Shown piece by piece: positions 7,954 to 17,934 of a DNA stretch of 53,723 nt (the first letter of the stretch is position 1; every line of letters begins with the position of its first letter). A program made the translations under genes and the position numbers. This DNA comes from a virus (Duplodnaviria > Caudoviricetes): IMG/VR virus record IMGVR_UViG_3300000317_000004, positions 1 through 53,723 of that record, one strand, 5' to 3'. A model generated the notes under the pieces. The model was not told where the DNA came from. It searched no databases and worked only from the letters and a program-made list of their open reading frames with translations.

Positions 7954-8820
7954 TTATTTAAATGGCAACGCCTGTTGTCTTGATTCTTCTGCCGCCATTG
8001 CATCCAGCTCAGCATTTAATTTTTTCCCGTCTTCGGTAGAAATATCGCCTATATTACTTTCATCAACCCCAGAAAGTTCCTCAAATTCATCTGTCACAAC
8101 ATCCCCACGCTCGTTTGTTTCTTCATGGTCAACAACTTTTGCCATTTGATAACTTATTGGCTCTGTTTTTTGATGCCTCCGAATGCAGGTTTTTTTCTGC
8201 ATTTCCGGTTTAAATAATGGATTTTTCCAAGGCGTATCAGATTGTCCCATTCTGGCAAGAACAAGTTTTTCAATGTCGTTGATATGATACGCGTCCATTA
8301 CGTGTATTTGCTCTATACCATTACTATCAGAAAAACAAGAATAAGCGCAGATCAGTTTTCCACGATCTTTTTCTTTTAAGGCAGGCTCAAAATAATAATG
8401 TTGCCCTTTTTCATCTTCATAATATTTCCATCCTCCTAATTCAACATCTTTTTCGTAAACTAAATTTGCCCGAACGCGGAATCCAGCATCACAGGCAAGA
8501 ACCACATATCCTTTGTATCCTATCTGATAAGTCAACTTGCCGTTGTATGGAATGAAATAGATTTGCCCGAAAATCGGATCTGGATTAAGGCCGAGTTTTG
8601 GAGCATTAAAAAGACATTTTATAATAGTCTTTTTGTCAGTTACTTTAGGGTTATTTATAAACCCTTTTAATATTTGTGAGTACATTGCCCAATACTGGTT
8701 CACCTCGGCTTTTAGACGCGACGGAACAACCTGCTTGACCGCGCCTTCGTATGCTTTTAAGTTCTTTTCTCCCCCCATAAACTGTACAAGATTAAGGGCA
8801 CTTTTTAAATTTTCGTTCAT
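7954..8820 (-). CDS. recT: RecT-family single-strand annealing recombinase
   Basis: LGLNPDP..GQIYFIPY....YQIGYKG...A.LVYE.D...PW....EM.KKT.IRR..K..P. Confidence 0.9.
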   Translation of the reverse strand: MNENLKSALNLVQFMGGEKNLKAYEGAVKQVVPSRLKAEVNQYWAMYSQILKGFINNPKVTDKKTIIKCLFNAPKLGLNPDPIFGQIYFIPYNGKLTYQIGYKGYVVLACDAGFRVRANLVYEKDVELGGWKYYEDEKGQHYYFEPALKEKDRGKLICAYSCFSDSNGIEQIHVMDAYHINDIEKLVLARMGQSDTPWKNPLFKPEMQKKTCIRRHQKTEPISYQMAKVVDHEETNERGDVVTDEFEELSGVDESNIGDISTEDGKKLNAELDAMAAEESRQQALPFK

Positions 8821-8829
8821 GACTTCTCC

Positions 8830-9495
8830 TTAAAAAAGATATGGTTCAAAAGTTTTAAATATTTTATAAGTGTGTTCGGCGTCGTTTAAATTATCAAGAC
8901 CAATTTGATTACCTTGACCAGTTTTTATAAGATTTACATACTCAGAATAATCACGTTTGGTTTTGCCTTCGCCTAAAATTACCTTGCCGACAAAGTCAAG
9001 GTTGTCTCTATCTGCTTTGTTCCAGTTGCAAAGCTCCATCATAATGTCATGATGGACTAAATTATCATATTTTTTAATCCAGTACCTAAGGCCTGGACAA
9101 TAATTCGGCAACGGTATTTTTAAGATACATGCCCTCTTGTAAATATAAGGAAAATCAAAGTCGTTACCGTTCCACGTAATAATAATATTACTTCCCTCAG
9201 CATTGCCGATTACTAATTTATTTAAAATACTGGTAATGAGTTCAATTTCGGCAGAATCTGAAATTTCGGGAATGGCCTGAAAGAAGTTTTCTGATTCTCC
9301 GTACATTGCAAAGGAGCATATCCTTCCTGTAAGCGGAGAAAGCGCCATGTCTGCAATTTGTTTTTGTTTTACCTCTTTGATTTTTTCCTCAATTTTTGCA
9401 GCGTCTTTTATATTTCCCAGTTTTACTTCCGGTTCTGGCAGAACAGCAACCATTGACTCGTTTGGAATTGTCTCAATATCAAGTCCGTTTTTCAT
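8830..9495 (-). CDS. DnaQ/PolB-like 3'-5' exonuclease
   Basis: ExoI DIET, ExoII TWNGNDFDFPYI, H.D, ExoIII N..D. Confidence 0.85.
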   Translation of the reverse strand: MKNGLDIETIPNESMVAVLPEPEVKLGNIKDAAKIEEKIKEVKQKQIADMALSPLTGRICSFAMYGESENFFQAIPEISDSAEIELITSILNKLVIGNAEGSNIIITWNGNDFDFPYIYKRACILKIPLPNYCPGLRYWIKKYDNLVHHDIMMELCNWNKADRDNLDFVGKVILGEGKTKRDYSEYVNLIKTGQGNQIGLDNLNDAEHTYKIFKTFEPYLF

Positions 9496-9505
9496 TTATT
9501 TCTCC

Positions 9506-10900
9506 TTAAATTAAAGATGGCTTTGCGTCTTCATCGTTTGCAATTGCGCACTCACGCAATACAATCACATTTTCCTTATCAGATTTTTCTCCAACCTCTG
9601 CCGTAATTACCTGGAATCCGGCGGCAAGTAATTCAGTTAAAATCTTTTCCTGGTTTTCGTCATCAATCAAATCGAAATCATCAATAAAACGGACTTTAAA
9701 AACAGGGTTTTGCGCAAGATGAAGTTTTGCAACAACCAACTCAAGCTCACCCGCCGAAAAATAAGAGCTGTTTATCGGTCTATTATTAAGTAGCAAGCCG
9801 CCTTCTGAATCCGTGCCTAAGCCAGCAAATTGGAAACTGCTTTGTTTAATATAGGCTTCGCGCGCCTTAATTTCTTCATCCTGCTTTGCCTTGTTGTCAG
9901 CTATTTCTTTTTCTTTTGCCTGTTTAGCAACAAGATTTTTTAAATATTCCCTGTATATTGACAATTTAAAATTATTTTTTTCGGCCCCGGCAATTTGTTG
10001 ATCTATCGCAACAATTTCAGAATCGTTCGGCATTTCTTCGATAAGAACCAATTTGGGAGCTTCTTGGGCTGACATCGGTTGTGGTTGTGGCATTGCCTTA
10101 ATAAATTTCATAACCTCGTCGCCGGTATATCCGAGTTGTTTTAAAGCGCAATCACATTCGCTTGCTTTTGTAATATTTATGCGGTTTTGCGTTTGTTGAT
10201 TTTGAAAAATTTCAGTATCCGTGCGTAATTTTTCAACGATCTTGAGATGCGCGTTGCGCGCCTCTTGATTTTTCTTTTTGTTGGCAAAATAGATATTGTT
10301 AAGCTTGTCCTTTATTTCTTTCTTTTGAGCGAGTAGTAAGTTTATGTCAACAAGCTCTCCCTTTTCAGGTTCGGTAAGAATTCCAAAAGCCTTTAATTCT
10401 CTGTTTAGAAGCGTAAATTCGCTTTTGTATTCTTTAATTTTCAAGTCAAAACTTGACGTATCAATTCCAATTGCCCGCGCCTGGTCTATGCCCGAAAGCG
10501 CGGTAAAAGCTTTTGCACTCATAAGGGCTGTGTCTAAAAAAACCTTAAGCCATGCCTCATTTACCAGAGAATCGCCTTCGCCTCGAAACGTAATTTTGTT
10601 TGACGCTTCGGTAATGTGGTTTTTTATCCAGAATTTTTGTCCTGTGGCCTCGTCAATAAAACCGTATTCTACATCTGCGCTTTTTCCGTTTTTGCCGATA
10701 AAACGGAATCGCTCTCCCGGCAATTTTCCTCCACTGGAGCTTTCGGCAATCCCGTTAACACAAGACATAAACCCCTTAAGCCCCACAGTTGTTTTCCCGC
10801 TGCCGTTGCGACCTACAAGTCGCGTAACCGTGTCATGAAATTTTATTTCAAGATTTTCTACCGGCCCAAAATTTTTAAACTTTGCAGAATCAATTTTCAT
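9506..10900 (-). CDS. SMC/Rad50-like ATPase
   Basis: KNF, Walker A GRNGSGKT, coiled coil, FSAGE signature, Walker B FIDD. Confidence 0.85.
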   Translation of the reverse strand: MKIDSAKFKNFGPVENLEIKFHDTVTRLVGRNGSGKTTVGLKGFMSCVNGIAESSSGGKLPGERFRFIGKNGKSADVEYGFIDEATGQKFWIKNHITEASNKITFRGEGDSLVNEAWLKVFLDTALMSAKAFTALSGIDQARAIGIDTSSFDLKIKEYKSEFTLLNRELKAFGILTEPEKGELVDINLLLAQKKEIKDKLNNIYFANKKKNQEARNAHLKIVEKLRTDTEIFQNQQTQNRINITKASECDCALKQLGYTGDEVMKFIKAMPQPQPMSAQEAPKLVLIEEMPNDSEIVAIDQQIAGAEKNNFKLSIYREYLKNLVAKQAKEKEIADNKAKQDEEIKAREAYIKQSSFQFAGLGTDSEGGLLLNNRPINSSYFSAGELELVVAKLHLAQNPVFKVRFIDDFDLIDDENQEKILTELLAAGFQVITAEVGEKSDKENVIVLRECAIANDEDAKPSLI

Positions 10901-10924
10901 AATTTCCTTTCTCTTTTGTTAAAA

Positions 10925-11119
10925 TTATTTTGCTGTTGGTAATGCCGGTATAGGCATCCACTGCGTAAATGCCCATTTATATCCATCACCTTCGTCCGAA
11001 TATTGAGTAAGGCAATTTTCGGACGAATTCCAGAAGCCCAAAACTATTTCATTGTCAAAAGAGATTCCTAAAACTTGCTGTCCCTCTTCCGGTTCAACAT
11101 CTTTTATTTTATTCCACAT
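10925..11119 (-). CDS. DUF551-like protein
   Basis: W.KI.D..P..GQ.VL...THW-like TQWMPIP..P. Confidence 0.8.
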   Translation of the reverse strand: MWNKIKDVEPEEGQQVLGISFDNEIVLGFWNSSENCLTQYSDEGDGYKWAFTQWMPIPALPTAK

Positions 11120-11308
11120 TTTTTCCCGCTCCTTTTGTTAATTATACAGCTTGCAACTCTATCCACGGTTCACCCTCTCGTCGCGTCTCTTCCAACTGTT
11201 CGGCCAGTTTTTCAATAACTGACTGTTCATACTGAGAGACTGCCATTTCGGTGCTATGTTCGTGGCCAGAAGGGTTTACGATGAGAATTTTTAGTTTGCC
11301 GGTGTATA

Positions 11309-11593
11309 TCACTTATCTTCCTCGACTGATAATTCTCTTAATCTTTTTGCAAATTCAGCCATGGGATAATTCATAATATAACTTTCCATTTCGGATGCAA
11401 TTTTAGAAATTTTGTCCTTTAATTTTTGTGTATTTTTTTCTTTGTCTTTAGAAATATCTGATCTAATGTTTTGAGATTCATTTTCTTTAACTTCAGCATT
11501 ATCTACCAAATCATAATGTTTGTAAATATTTTGAGCAATAGATTCAGCATCAGTTTTTGTTGTTCCGTCAACAAGATCGATAATTATTTTCAT
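11309..11593 (-). CDS. Hypothetical protein
   Basis: AAGGG RBS; follows structured leader. Confidence 0.65.
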   Translation of the reverse strand: MKIIIDLVDGTTKTDAESIAQNIYKHYDLVDNAEVKENESQNIRSDISKDKEKNTQKLKDKISKIASEMESYIMNYPMAEFAKRLRELSVEEDK

Positions 11594-11609
11594 TGTTTTC
11601 CCTTGTTTT

Positions 11610-11723
11610 AAATAAAACCGCCGCGCTTGCCCAGAGTCCTTGCGGACGTGAGAGTAGGCCGGAGCATCTAAGTTCGCGCGGCGTAGATTGATTGTTGTTC
11701 TCGTTGGGATTTCTCACGTCCAT
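11610..11723 (-). promoter_or_regulatory. Structured 5' leader
   Basis: GGACGTGAGA/TCTCACGTCC and CGCCGCGC/GCGCGGCG inverted repeats ending GGTTTTATTT. Confidence 0.5.
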
Positions 11724-11774
11724 GCTATTAAATATACTACATTTTTTGTCAACTATACGAATTATTTTGTCAAT
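11723..11774 (-). promoter_or_regulatory. Promoter/operator element, copy 1
   Basis: 43/52 identical to 21331-21382 (+); contains TTGACA and TATATT. Confidence 0.7.
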
Positions 11775-11793
11775 TGACTAAATAGTTATACAA

Positions 11794-12030
11794 TTATTTC
11801 TTAACTCTTTTTTTATAAATTAAATTCCTATATCTATCAAGAAATGTTGTATAGGGATGGCCGTCATCATCCATGGTGTCTTTTAATCTTTTGCATCTTG
11901 GACAAAAATATCCGCAATCAGGGTCACAGGTGCATTTTTTTTCAATTCTGTAAACTGCAATAGCCTTGCAAGCCTTTAATGCTTCCCATGTATCTTCAAC
12001 TTCTATATACATTTTTTCACCATCCTTCAA
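11794..12030 (-). CDS. Hypothetical Cys-rich protein
   Basis: CTC..DC...CPRC. Confidence 0.55.
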   Translation of the reverse strand: MKDGEKMYIEVEDTWEALKACKAIAVYRIEKKCTCDPDCGYFCPRCKRLKDTMDDDGHPYTTFLDRYRNLIYKKRVKK

Positions 12031-12199
12031 ATAATTACACAGTCAGTTTTTTCGATATATCCGTTTGCCGATGGACAGAAATACTCGTCCATCAGGCCGG
12101 GCACCTCTTCCACGTCGAATTCTTTACCTATTTTATCGGCATACCAATAATCCGGTTTGCTCACTGATACTATTTTTACCCTTAACTCCTTCACGTACA

Positions 12200-12442
12200 T
12201 TATTCACCTACTTTCTTTTCAATTTTGGGTATAGTTTTTTTCCATTCGTACAACATTCCATCAAGAGTACATGTGTATCCATTAATTTTTGCTGTTTCTT
12301 CAATGTTAATTTGACATAAACAGTTGTCAAGCACAAGGCTAAAGCTTCCTTCATACAGGGCAAGTTTTTTACAATAAGGAACTAATTTTCGAGGAGTATC
12401 TATATCCTCTTCGACCTCGTCAATTAGTATAATATCACACAT
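12200..12442 (-). CDS. Hypothetical protein
   Basis: GAGG RBS. Confidence 0.65.
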   Translation of the reverse strand: MCDIILIDEVEEDIDTPRKLVPYCKKLALYEGSFSLVLDNCLCQINIEETAKINGYTCTLDGMLYEWKKTIPKIEKKVGE

Positions 12443-12459
12443 GCAACCCTCACTTTCTT

Positions 12460-12759
12460 TTAATGTTTAGCCGTTAATAGGCATGATCTTTTTCCGCAAG
12501 TAAAACCAAATCCCGGAGGACATATTTTTGATCCGGGAAGAAAATCCTTGCAGGGTATTGTTTTTTCTTGCTCTTGAATAGGGTCTTCTTTGATAATTTC
12601 GCAACAGTCAACAAATATTATTTTGTTATTATATTTTTTATTTTTGTCAACTATATAAAACGCTCCCCCGTCCTTAAAAGCGTCAGCATTAAAAACGTGA
12701 CCGATTAAATCTTTATACCAACAACTATAATTTGACAATTTAGTTATTTTTATTTTCAT
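12460..12759 (-). CDS. Hypothetical protein
   Basis: MKIKITK....WY.D.IG..F phage motif. Confidence 0.7.
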   Translation of the reverse strand: MKIKITKLSNYSCWYKDLIGHVFNADAFKDGGAFYIVDKNKKYNNKIIFVDCCEIIKEDPIQEQEKTIPCKDFLPGSKICPPGFGFTCGKRSCLLTAKH

Positions 12760-12760
12760 T

Positions 12761-13450
12761 TTAAAACTCCCTTAGAGATTTTTTCCACTGAACTTTTTCA
12801 ACGGGTAAAATACTGTTGACAAATTTTTTAAACGCCCTAAAATCGTCCGCGCAGTATCCGTCCTTTTTACCGGACAATCTGCCAAACGACCAAAAGTCAA
12901 TATCGTTTTCATAGCAGACAATTGCCTCTTTACATTCCTTAATGTTAATAATAGGTTCCATGCTTACCCATGTTTTTATTATATATCTTTTCGCTATTCT
13001 TAAATACTTTAAAATTGATAGATAATTGTGTCCATCAAAAGTTGCTCCCAACGTCCAGTTATTGCGCCTAATAATGTCAAAATCATCTATGGCCGCACCG
13101 GGATTTTTAGTAAGGATTTTTACATCCCGGCCGGTTGCAGCCAGAACTCCCAATGCTTTGCGCGTGATATTATCTTCCGGAGTAGCAAATTCGCGCGCGT
13201 ATACATCCCCGACAAACGATAGAAAAATTGTTCTCTCATCATTTCGGGCGTGCAGCAACGTGCAGTCGTGTATCAGGCGCTCAATAGCGTTTGTCTTTGC
13301 TTTTGCCGGTTGAAAAAAATCCTCCGTCTTCATTCGTAGTATTCCGGGGCAATAGCAATATTGACACCCGTGCGGGCATGTAGTGTACAGATTGCATGCC
13401 AGCGGCGCGTATTCTAACGCTGCGCCTTTCGGCTCGTAAATTATTTGCAT
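12761..13450 (-). CDS. Radical SAM protein (phage type)
   Basis: CxxxCxxC: NLYTTCPHGCQYCY; ILTK; WVSMEP. Confidence 0.85.
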   Translation of the reverse strand: MQIIYEPKGAALEYAPLACNLYTTCPHGCQYCYCPGILRMKTEDFFQPAKAKTNAIERLIHDCTLLHARNDERTIFLSFVGDVYAREFATPEDNITRKALGVLAATGRDVKILTKNPGAAIDDFDIIRRNNWTLGATFDGHNYLSILKYLRIAKRYIIKTWVSMEPIINIKECKEAIVCYENDIDFWSFGRLSGKKDGYCADDFRAFKKFVNSILPVEKVQWKKSLREF

Positions 13451-13585
13451 TTCTTTTTCTTCCTTTCTGTCTCTTTTTCGTCGATAAACGGACAAAAAAT
13501 TCCCTTGCGCTGTTTATCATTGTAAACGCATGGGTCAAAATTCGTGCAGTGGTTTCTATTCGGACACGGACGTTTAGTCATGACA

Positions 13586-13996
13586 TTATCCTTTCATCAA
13601 TTCAGGGTTATCGTAGATATTTCCGATTACTTCAAAATGGAATTCGTTTAAATAATTTTCTTGTAAATTGCCCCATATTTCCCACATTTTTTCAAACTTT
13701 AAATCTAAAACATTTGCAATACAAAAACAACACTTTGGTTGATAAAATTTTACAAGTTTTGTACATTTACTACCGTCAGAAAACAGTTTAGAAATAATAT
13801 CGCCCTCGTAAATTTCATTTCCATTTTTGTCTTTAAGGCCAGTGTATTGCATTACGTCAATATCTTCCAGGTCTTTAAGTTCAACATCTTCCATCCAGCC
13901 GCCAAGGAGTATCATTTCGCCGAGAATGTCACATCCTTCGCGATGTACCCATTCTCCTGTTTCTTTGTTATAAGCACGAAATTTAAGATCTCTCAT
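13586..13996 (-). CDS. YopX family protein
   Basis: MR.LKFRAY...MQYTGLKDKNG.EIYEGDI...EVIGNIYDNPEL. Confidence 0.95.
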   Translation of the reverse strand: MRDLKFRAYNKETGEWVHREGCDILGEMILLGGWMEDVELKDLEDIDVMQYTGLKDKNGNEIYEGDIISKLFSDGSKCTKLVKFYQPKCCFCIANVLDLKFEKMWEIWGNLQENYLNEFHFEVIGNIYDNPELMKG

Positions 13997-14361
13997 TTTC
14001 CACCTCGCTTTTTAAGTATTTCTTCTATTTCAATTCTATCTTCATCATCTTCGTCAACTTCGTCCCAATTGTAACCGCCTTCAGTATCCAAGGCAGGAAA
14101 AATTATTTCTTCGTCATCATCGTAAGGCCCATATTTGTCTCTTATTTCTTCAAAAATTTCATCTAAAAGATTTTCAAAATCATCATTGTCACTTACTGAA
14201 TCTGTTTTGGAATCAACTCTGACTAAATAATAATCAGGTCGCGAGTTCATTGTTGATAAATAAATAAGTTTTTTCCCATCCCCAAATTTTTTATCCAGCA
14301 ATACTGGGGTTATTTTTCTTTTTTTACCCCAAAAAGTTACTATTCTTGGTTTTAAATTCAT
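13993..14361 (-). CDS. Acidic hypothetical protein
   Basis: AAGGAG RBS; D/E-rich C-terminus. Confidence 0.7.
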   Translation of the reverse strand: MNLKPRIVTFWGKKRKITPVLLDKKFGDGKKLIYLSTMNSRPDYYLVRVDSKTDSVSDNDDFENLLDEIFEEIRDKYGPYDDDEEIIFPALDTEGGYNWDEVDEDDEDRIEIEEILKKRGGK

Positions 14362-14554
14362 TATTTCTCCTTCTCGTTATTCCGTACATTTTTGATATTT
14401 CCTGTTTCAAATACTCACACTCTTCCGGCCAGTCCAGAAAGTTTTTGTCAATAATAGCCGCTATGGCTTCATACGTTTCTAAATCTGTCTTACGCTTGTT
14501 GTAAAGGATTTTTTTAAGAAACTTTTTTACTCCATTGGACGGTTTATAACTCAT
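14324..14554 (-). CDS. Hypothetical protein
   Basis: AGGAG RBS. Confidence 0.55.
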   Translation of the reverse strand: MSYKPSNGVKKFLKKILYNKRKTDLETYEAIAAIIDKNFLDWPEECEYLKQEISKMYGITRRRNNEFKTKNSNFLG

Positions 14555-14566
14555 TTTGTTATTCTC

Positions 14567-15223
14567 CTAAATGTTTAAAATATCTTTAATATTTTGAGGT
14601 TCTTTTGTAATTAATTTTTGGTTTTGTTTTTTATATTCAATTTGTATAGAAAAATCAGATCCAATCCATGGTATTTTTTTAGGCTCAATAGCCCTGTTGT
14701 ATGATATTTTCATTGTTTGATTCCAAATTGTCTGATCTTTATCACGATTTCCTATTTCAAAATTTCCCTCTACTGGGCTCGAACTTTCTCCACAAGACAC
14801 CGCCGATTCATAAGCATCTATAAATTTTTTCTCATTATATTGCCATTGCCCGGAATTTCCCCATGAACAAATTTCTGGCCACCCCCCAAAACGATTTATA
14901 ACTGCATGTAGGGCAGGGTCTCCAAAATCTACACTATACCAAGCCCCCCATTTCTCGACCGCATTTTTTACAGCAGTTACGGCGGCTTGAGCGCGATTTT
15001 CTCCTGAAAGTCCTACGGCGGAAAGGAAATCGGAGATTAAAGGAAATGGATTTTGACTTGTTGATCGGTATGTATCAATTAAATTTGCTGTCATTTTGTT
15101 AAAAATTTCTACGGTAATTTTCCCTAAACGCATCCAATACAGTTCAAAAACCTCCGGTTCAAGATTTTTCCCAAAATATTTTTGCAGAGGAATCATTGCA
15201 GTGACAAACTCATTCCGGTTCAT
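14567..15223 (-). CDS. DUF6475-like protein downstream of replication initiator
   Basis: AV...G...SV.F.DP.LHAVI..FGGW...C......KF...Y; start MNRNEF overlaps initiator end. Confidence 0.75.
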   Translation of the reverse strand: MNRNEFVTAMIPLQKYFGKNLEPEVFELYWMRLGKITVEIFNKMTANLIDTYRSTSQNPFPLISDFLSAVGLSGENRAQAAVTAVKNAVEKWGAWYSVDFGDPALHAVINRFGGWPEICSWGNSGQWQYNEKKFIDAYESAVSCGESSSPVEGNFEIGNRDKDQTIWNQTMKISYNRAIEPKKIPWIGSDFSIQIEYKKQNQKLITKEPQNIKDILNI

Positions 15224-16097
15224 TTTTATGCCTTTCAAGGAAATTTTGTGCTTGTTGAAATAAAACCTCGTTAGAAATTTCTTGTCGCCCAAATTTTTGC
15301 GGTTGTTGTTTCGGCATCCACACCTTATTTTTATCAAGATTTTTTATCAGAGTCATTTTCATGTCCGGTTCATAATCCGGTTTTCCGCGCGCTGCTTTCT
15401 TCTTGTTTTCCCAACCGGCTTTCCGCCCCCAAAACTGATAAATAGATTTTTGCAAGGACAACGGGATATCTATTCCTGGATTGAGTTCTTGCATTCTTTT
15501 GAGTGTTTCCGGTGTGTTTATTATCTCTCGGTATGCAATAATTACCAGTTTTTTATATTCCCAGAATTTTGTTTTCCAAGAATTTGGCAAAGAAGAATTA
15601 ATTTCAGATTCATTTGTATTTTCATCTTCTTTTTCTATTTCTATTTCATCTTCAGATTTGGTTATTTTTGCTTTCTGTTTGCTATCCATTTGATAACCAA
15701 TTGGTTTTCCTTTGTAAGTTTTTGATTTTGAAGGCCTTCCACCTTGATCTCCGGAAGTTTTTCTGATAATTGATAATTCAATCTGTTTTATTTTCTCATT
15801 TAGTAAACGTTCGTTAAACCAAAAATTATTATATAAAAACCAACATGAATTTAATACGATTAAAGCGATATTTTTTTTATCTTCTGAAATTCTGGCGGTC
15901 AAACAAATTTCATTTTCAGGAATTCCGCAATTATCTTCTAACCAAGCAGAAAAAAGAAGGCAAGCATGAATTCCGCGTTGCTCTATGTCCATTGCAGCCA
16001 CATGTCGAGACCCCCACCAGTTATCAGGATAAAATTGGAATGCTGGTGTTTTTTTTGGATTATCAATACAATACTGGGCTTTTTCTTCACGAGTCAT
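15210..16097 (-). CDS. Replication initiator, YdaU/DUF1376-type N-terminus
   Basis: PAFQFYP.NW.....M..EQRG....LL...W; N.RL..E; G..GGRP; low-complexity linker. Confidence 0.8.
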   Translation of the reverse strand: MTREEKAQYCIDNPKKTPAFQFYPDNWWGSRHVAAMDIEQRGIHACLLFSAWLEDNCGIPENEICLTARISEDKKNIALIVLNSCWFLYNNFWFNERLLNEKIKQIELSIIRKTSGDQGGRPSKSKTYKGKPIGYQMDSKQKAKITKSEDEIEIEKEDENTNESEINSSLPNSWKTKFWEYKKLVIIAYREIINTPETLKRMQELNPGIDIPLSLQKSIYQFWGRKAGWENKKKAARGKPDYEPDMKMTLIKNLDKNKVWMPKQQPQKFGRQEISNEVLFQQAQNFLERHKNEPE

Positions 16098-16107
16098 ATT
16101 TTACCTA

Positions 16108-16222
16108 AAATAAAACCGGCCTGATATGGAGCTGCTGATGACTACATATCAGGAACGTTTTGGGAAACGTTTTTTCCGGCGTTAAATTATCTATTTTTAT
16201 TTTGGAAGATCAGCATACCCAT
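16108..16222 (-). promoter_or_regulatory. Structured 5' leader of initiator gene
   Basis: TGCTGAT/ATCAGCA and CCTGATATG/CATATCAGG inverted repeats ending CCGGTTTTATTT. Confidence 0.45.
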
Positions 16223-16258
16223 AATATACATCAAAAAAACAAAGTGTGTAAGGTTTTT

Positions 16259-16450
16259 TTATTTATGGCTAAAAACAGCCCAACTACGTGATTTGTTAGC
16301 TTCAAAATATTTTATTCCTTTGAAGCATTTAAGCGGAGTGATCAGTACTACGTTTAAATTTTTATGATAGCGTACAAGCTGTCTAAACCTTTTGCGCCTG
16401 TCAAAACAATTTCCCGAAAGTCTTTTTATTTCGATAAGAGAGCCTTTCAT
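16259..16450 (-). CDS. Hypothetical protein
   Basis: ORF in operon orientation. Confidence 0.5.
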   Translation of the reverse strand: MKGSLIEIKRLSGNCFDRRKRFRQLVRYHKNLNVVLITPLKCFKGIKYFEANKSRSWAVFSHK

Positions 16451-16474
16451 AATTATCTTTCTGTTAAGATTTAT

Positions 16475-16648
16475 TTATTTATCTACGTATAAAATATATG
16501 TTTCATCATCAATGGGAACGTGTTCACCTTCATGCTTGGCAATTGAGCCTTCAAGAAAATTTTCGACACTACCGTATAAGGTTTTTTCCTCTTTCGCAAC
16601 AAGTTTTTTCAAATCTTCTAAGGTGTATAAGATTCTGGTTGTTGTCAT
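16475..16648 (-). CDS. Hypothetical protein
   Basis: MTTTRIL start in ATGA overlap. Confidence 0.55.
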   Translation of the reverse strand: MTTTRILYTLEDLKKLVAKEEKTLYGSVENFLEGSIAKHEGEHVPIDDETYILYVDK

Positions 16649-16848
16649 TTTTTCCCTTCTTTCTTTGCTTTTTCGGAACACTCTGGACAAATTTCATGAG
16701 ACACTGCGCGCCCGTATTCAATCGGGATTCGCACCCAGCGCGACGGCGAAACTTTTACTCGTTTACACCACGAGCACTGTAATACAAACCCAATCGGCTT
16801 ATATTGCTGTTTGTCGCGCAACGACGCAATACGCTCTATCTGTTGCAC
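16645..16848 (-). CDS. Small protein with CSWC...SHEICPEC motif
   Basis: C.WC.R.....W.........SH.ICPEC zinc motif. Confidence 0.7.
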   Translation of the reverse strand: MQQIERIASLRDKQQYKPIGFVLQCSWCKRVKVSPSRWVRIPIEYGRAVSHEICPECSEKAKKEGKK

Positions 16849-17011
16849 TCTATAGAACTGTCAACATTTATACCTCTATTTTTCTTTTTAACCAACATCT
16901 CCACCAATGCACATTTTCAATCTCGTTCTGTTTTTTGATTCTTTTAACCTCTCTTTTTCTCTTACTTTTCAGATTTCTTCTTTTGCGGTTTCGTTTATAC
17001 AATTTCATAAT

Positions 17012-17245
17012 TTATACCTCCCTTATAGATTTTTGATACGGGTGCTGCTCTCGGTATTTCGCCATATAAGCAATTTTTTGCAGACGCCTTTTTTCCTGTT
17101 TTTCCTCCCGCTCTGGATCTTCGGCTTTCTCGCGCCGTAGTCGCATTGGAGCATGTGCGCTTCTTTCTGCAAAGTCCATCCAGTCGATTGCCGGAGGTTC
17201 GTTTTCTTCCTCTTCAAGATCTTTTAGACGGAATATTTTTCCCAT
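17012..17245 (-). CDS. Hypothetical protein
   Basis: MGKIFRL start right after upstream stop. Confidence 0.6.
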   Translation of the reverse strand: MGKIFRLKDLEEEENEPPAIDWMDFAERSAHAPMRLRREKAEDPEREEKQEKRRLQKIAYMAKYREQHPYQKSIREV

Positions 17246-17246
17246 G

Positions 17247-17411
17247 TCATTTACCTTTCTTTTTGAGATAGTCCGATACAATTTTCTGGATTAATCCAGA
17301 CACGGTTTGCTTCTTTCCATATTCTTCAGGAGGTTGATTTTTAACCGCCTCTTTTATTTTGTCAATAAATTTCCTTGGCAGACTGACAGTTGAAAAGTTT
17401 ACGTTGCGCAT
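17247..17411 (-). CDS. Putative ribbon-helix-helix regulator (54 aa)
   Basis: MRNVNFSTVSLPRKFIDKIK...TVSGLIQKIVSDYLKK; GAGG RBS; not in ORF track. Confidence 0.7.
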   Translation of the reverse strand: MRNVNFSTVSLPRKFIDKIKEAVKNQPPEEYGKKQTVSGLIQKIVSDYLKKKGK

Positions 17412-17434
17412 GTTTTATCCTCTTTTCTTTTTTA

Positions 17435-17448
17435 AAATATTTACAGTG
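17435..17448 (-). repeat. Early-region intergenic motif AAATATYTACAGTG, copy 1
   Basis: Also at 18911-18924 and 19908-19921. Confidence 0.7.
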
Positions 17449-17478
17449 AAAAATACCCCTCTGGGGGGGGCTATAGGG

Positions 17479-17934
17479 TTAAAATAATTTCTTTGAAATT
17501 TCGGCCTTTATAAAAATACGATCTTGTCCTGCGTCGATTTTACCCTGATAGGCAATTGCCACGTTGGGCATTACCGGATGAAAACAGCCATGAGCGTATC
17601 CAAGCGTCACCGCTCCCAGATGTATACCGGTTCCGAAGAGAAAATCCATGCGAAATGGGTAGTAGCTCGCAGAGATTTTTTTCATACCCCATTCATACGC
17701 CGTCATGCCGCCTGACACATATAGCAATTTTCCAAAGTCAAGGTTGAACTCCATATCGGTATAAAACGACCGCTTGACGTTGAGTTCTTGTTGTTCGTCC
17801 GGGATCTCATAGAGTGAAACTTCGTGGCCTGGGATTATTCCGCCCTCGAACGTGGAGGTTAGGACTGCCGGGAGTAATAGCGATTCGGCTTGAATTTTGC
17901 ATAACAACAGAATGACAAATATGATAGTTTTCAT
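17479..17934 (-). CDS. Putative outer-membrane beta-barrel protein
   Basis: Signal peptide, alternating beta-strands, C-terminal Phe. Confidence 0.6.
   Translation of the reverse strand: MKTIIFVILLLCKIQAESLLLPAVLTSTFEGGIIPGHEVSLYEIPDEQQELNVKRSFYTDMEFNLDFGKLLYVSGGMTAYEWGMKKISASYYPFRMDFLFGTGIHLGAVTLGYAHGCFHPVMPNVAIAYQGKIDAGQDRIFIKAEISKKLF

Noticed and set aside
15640-15720. Iteron origin inside the initiator gene
   Set aside because: Only short degenerate A(A/G)CAAA-type repeats; plausible by analogy but too weak to call.
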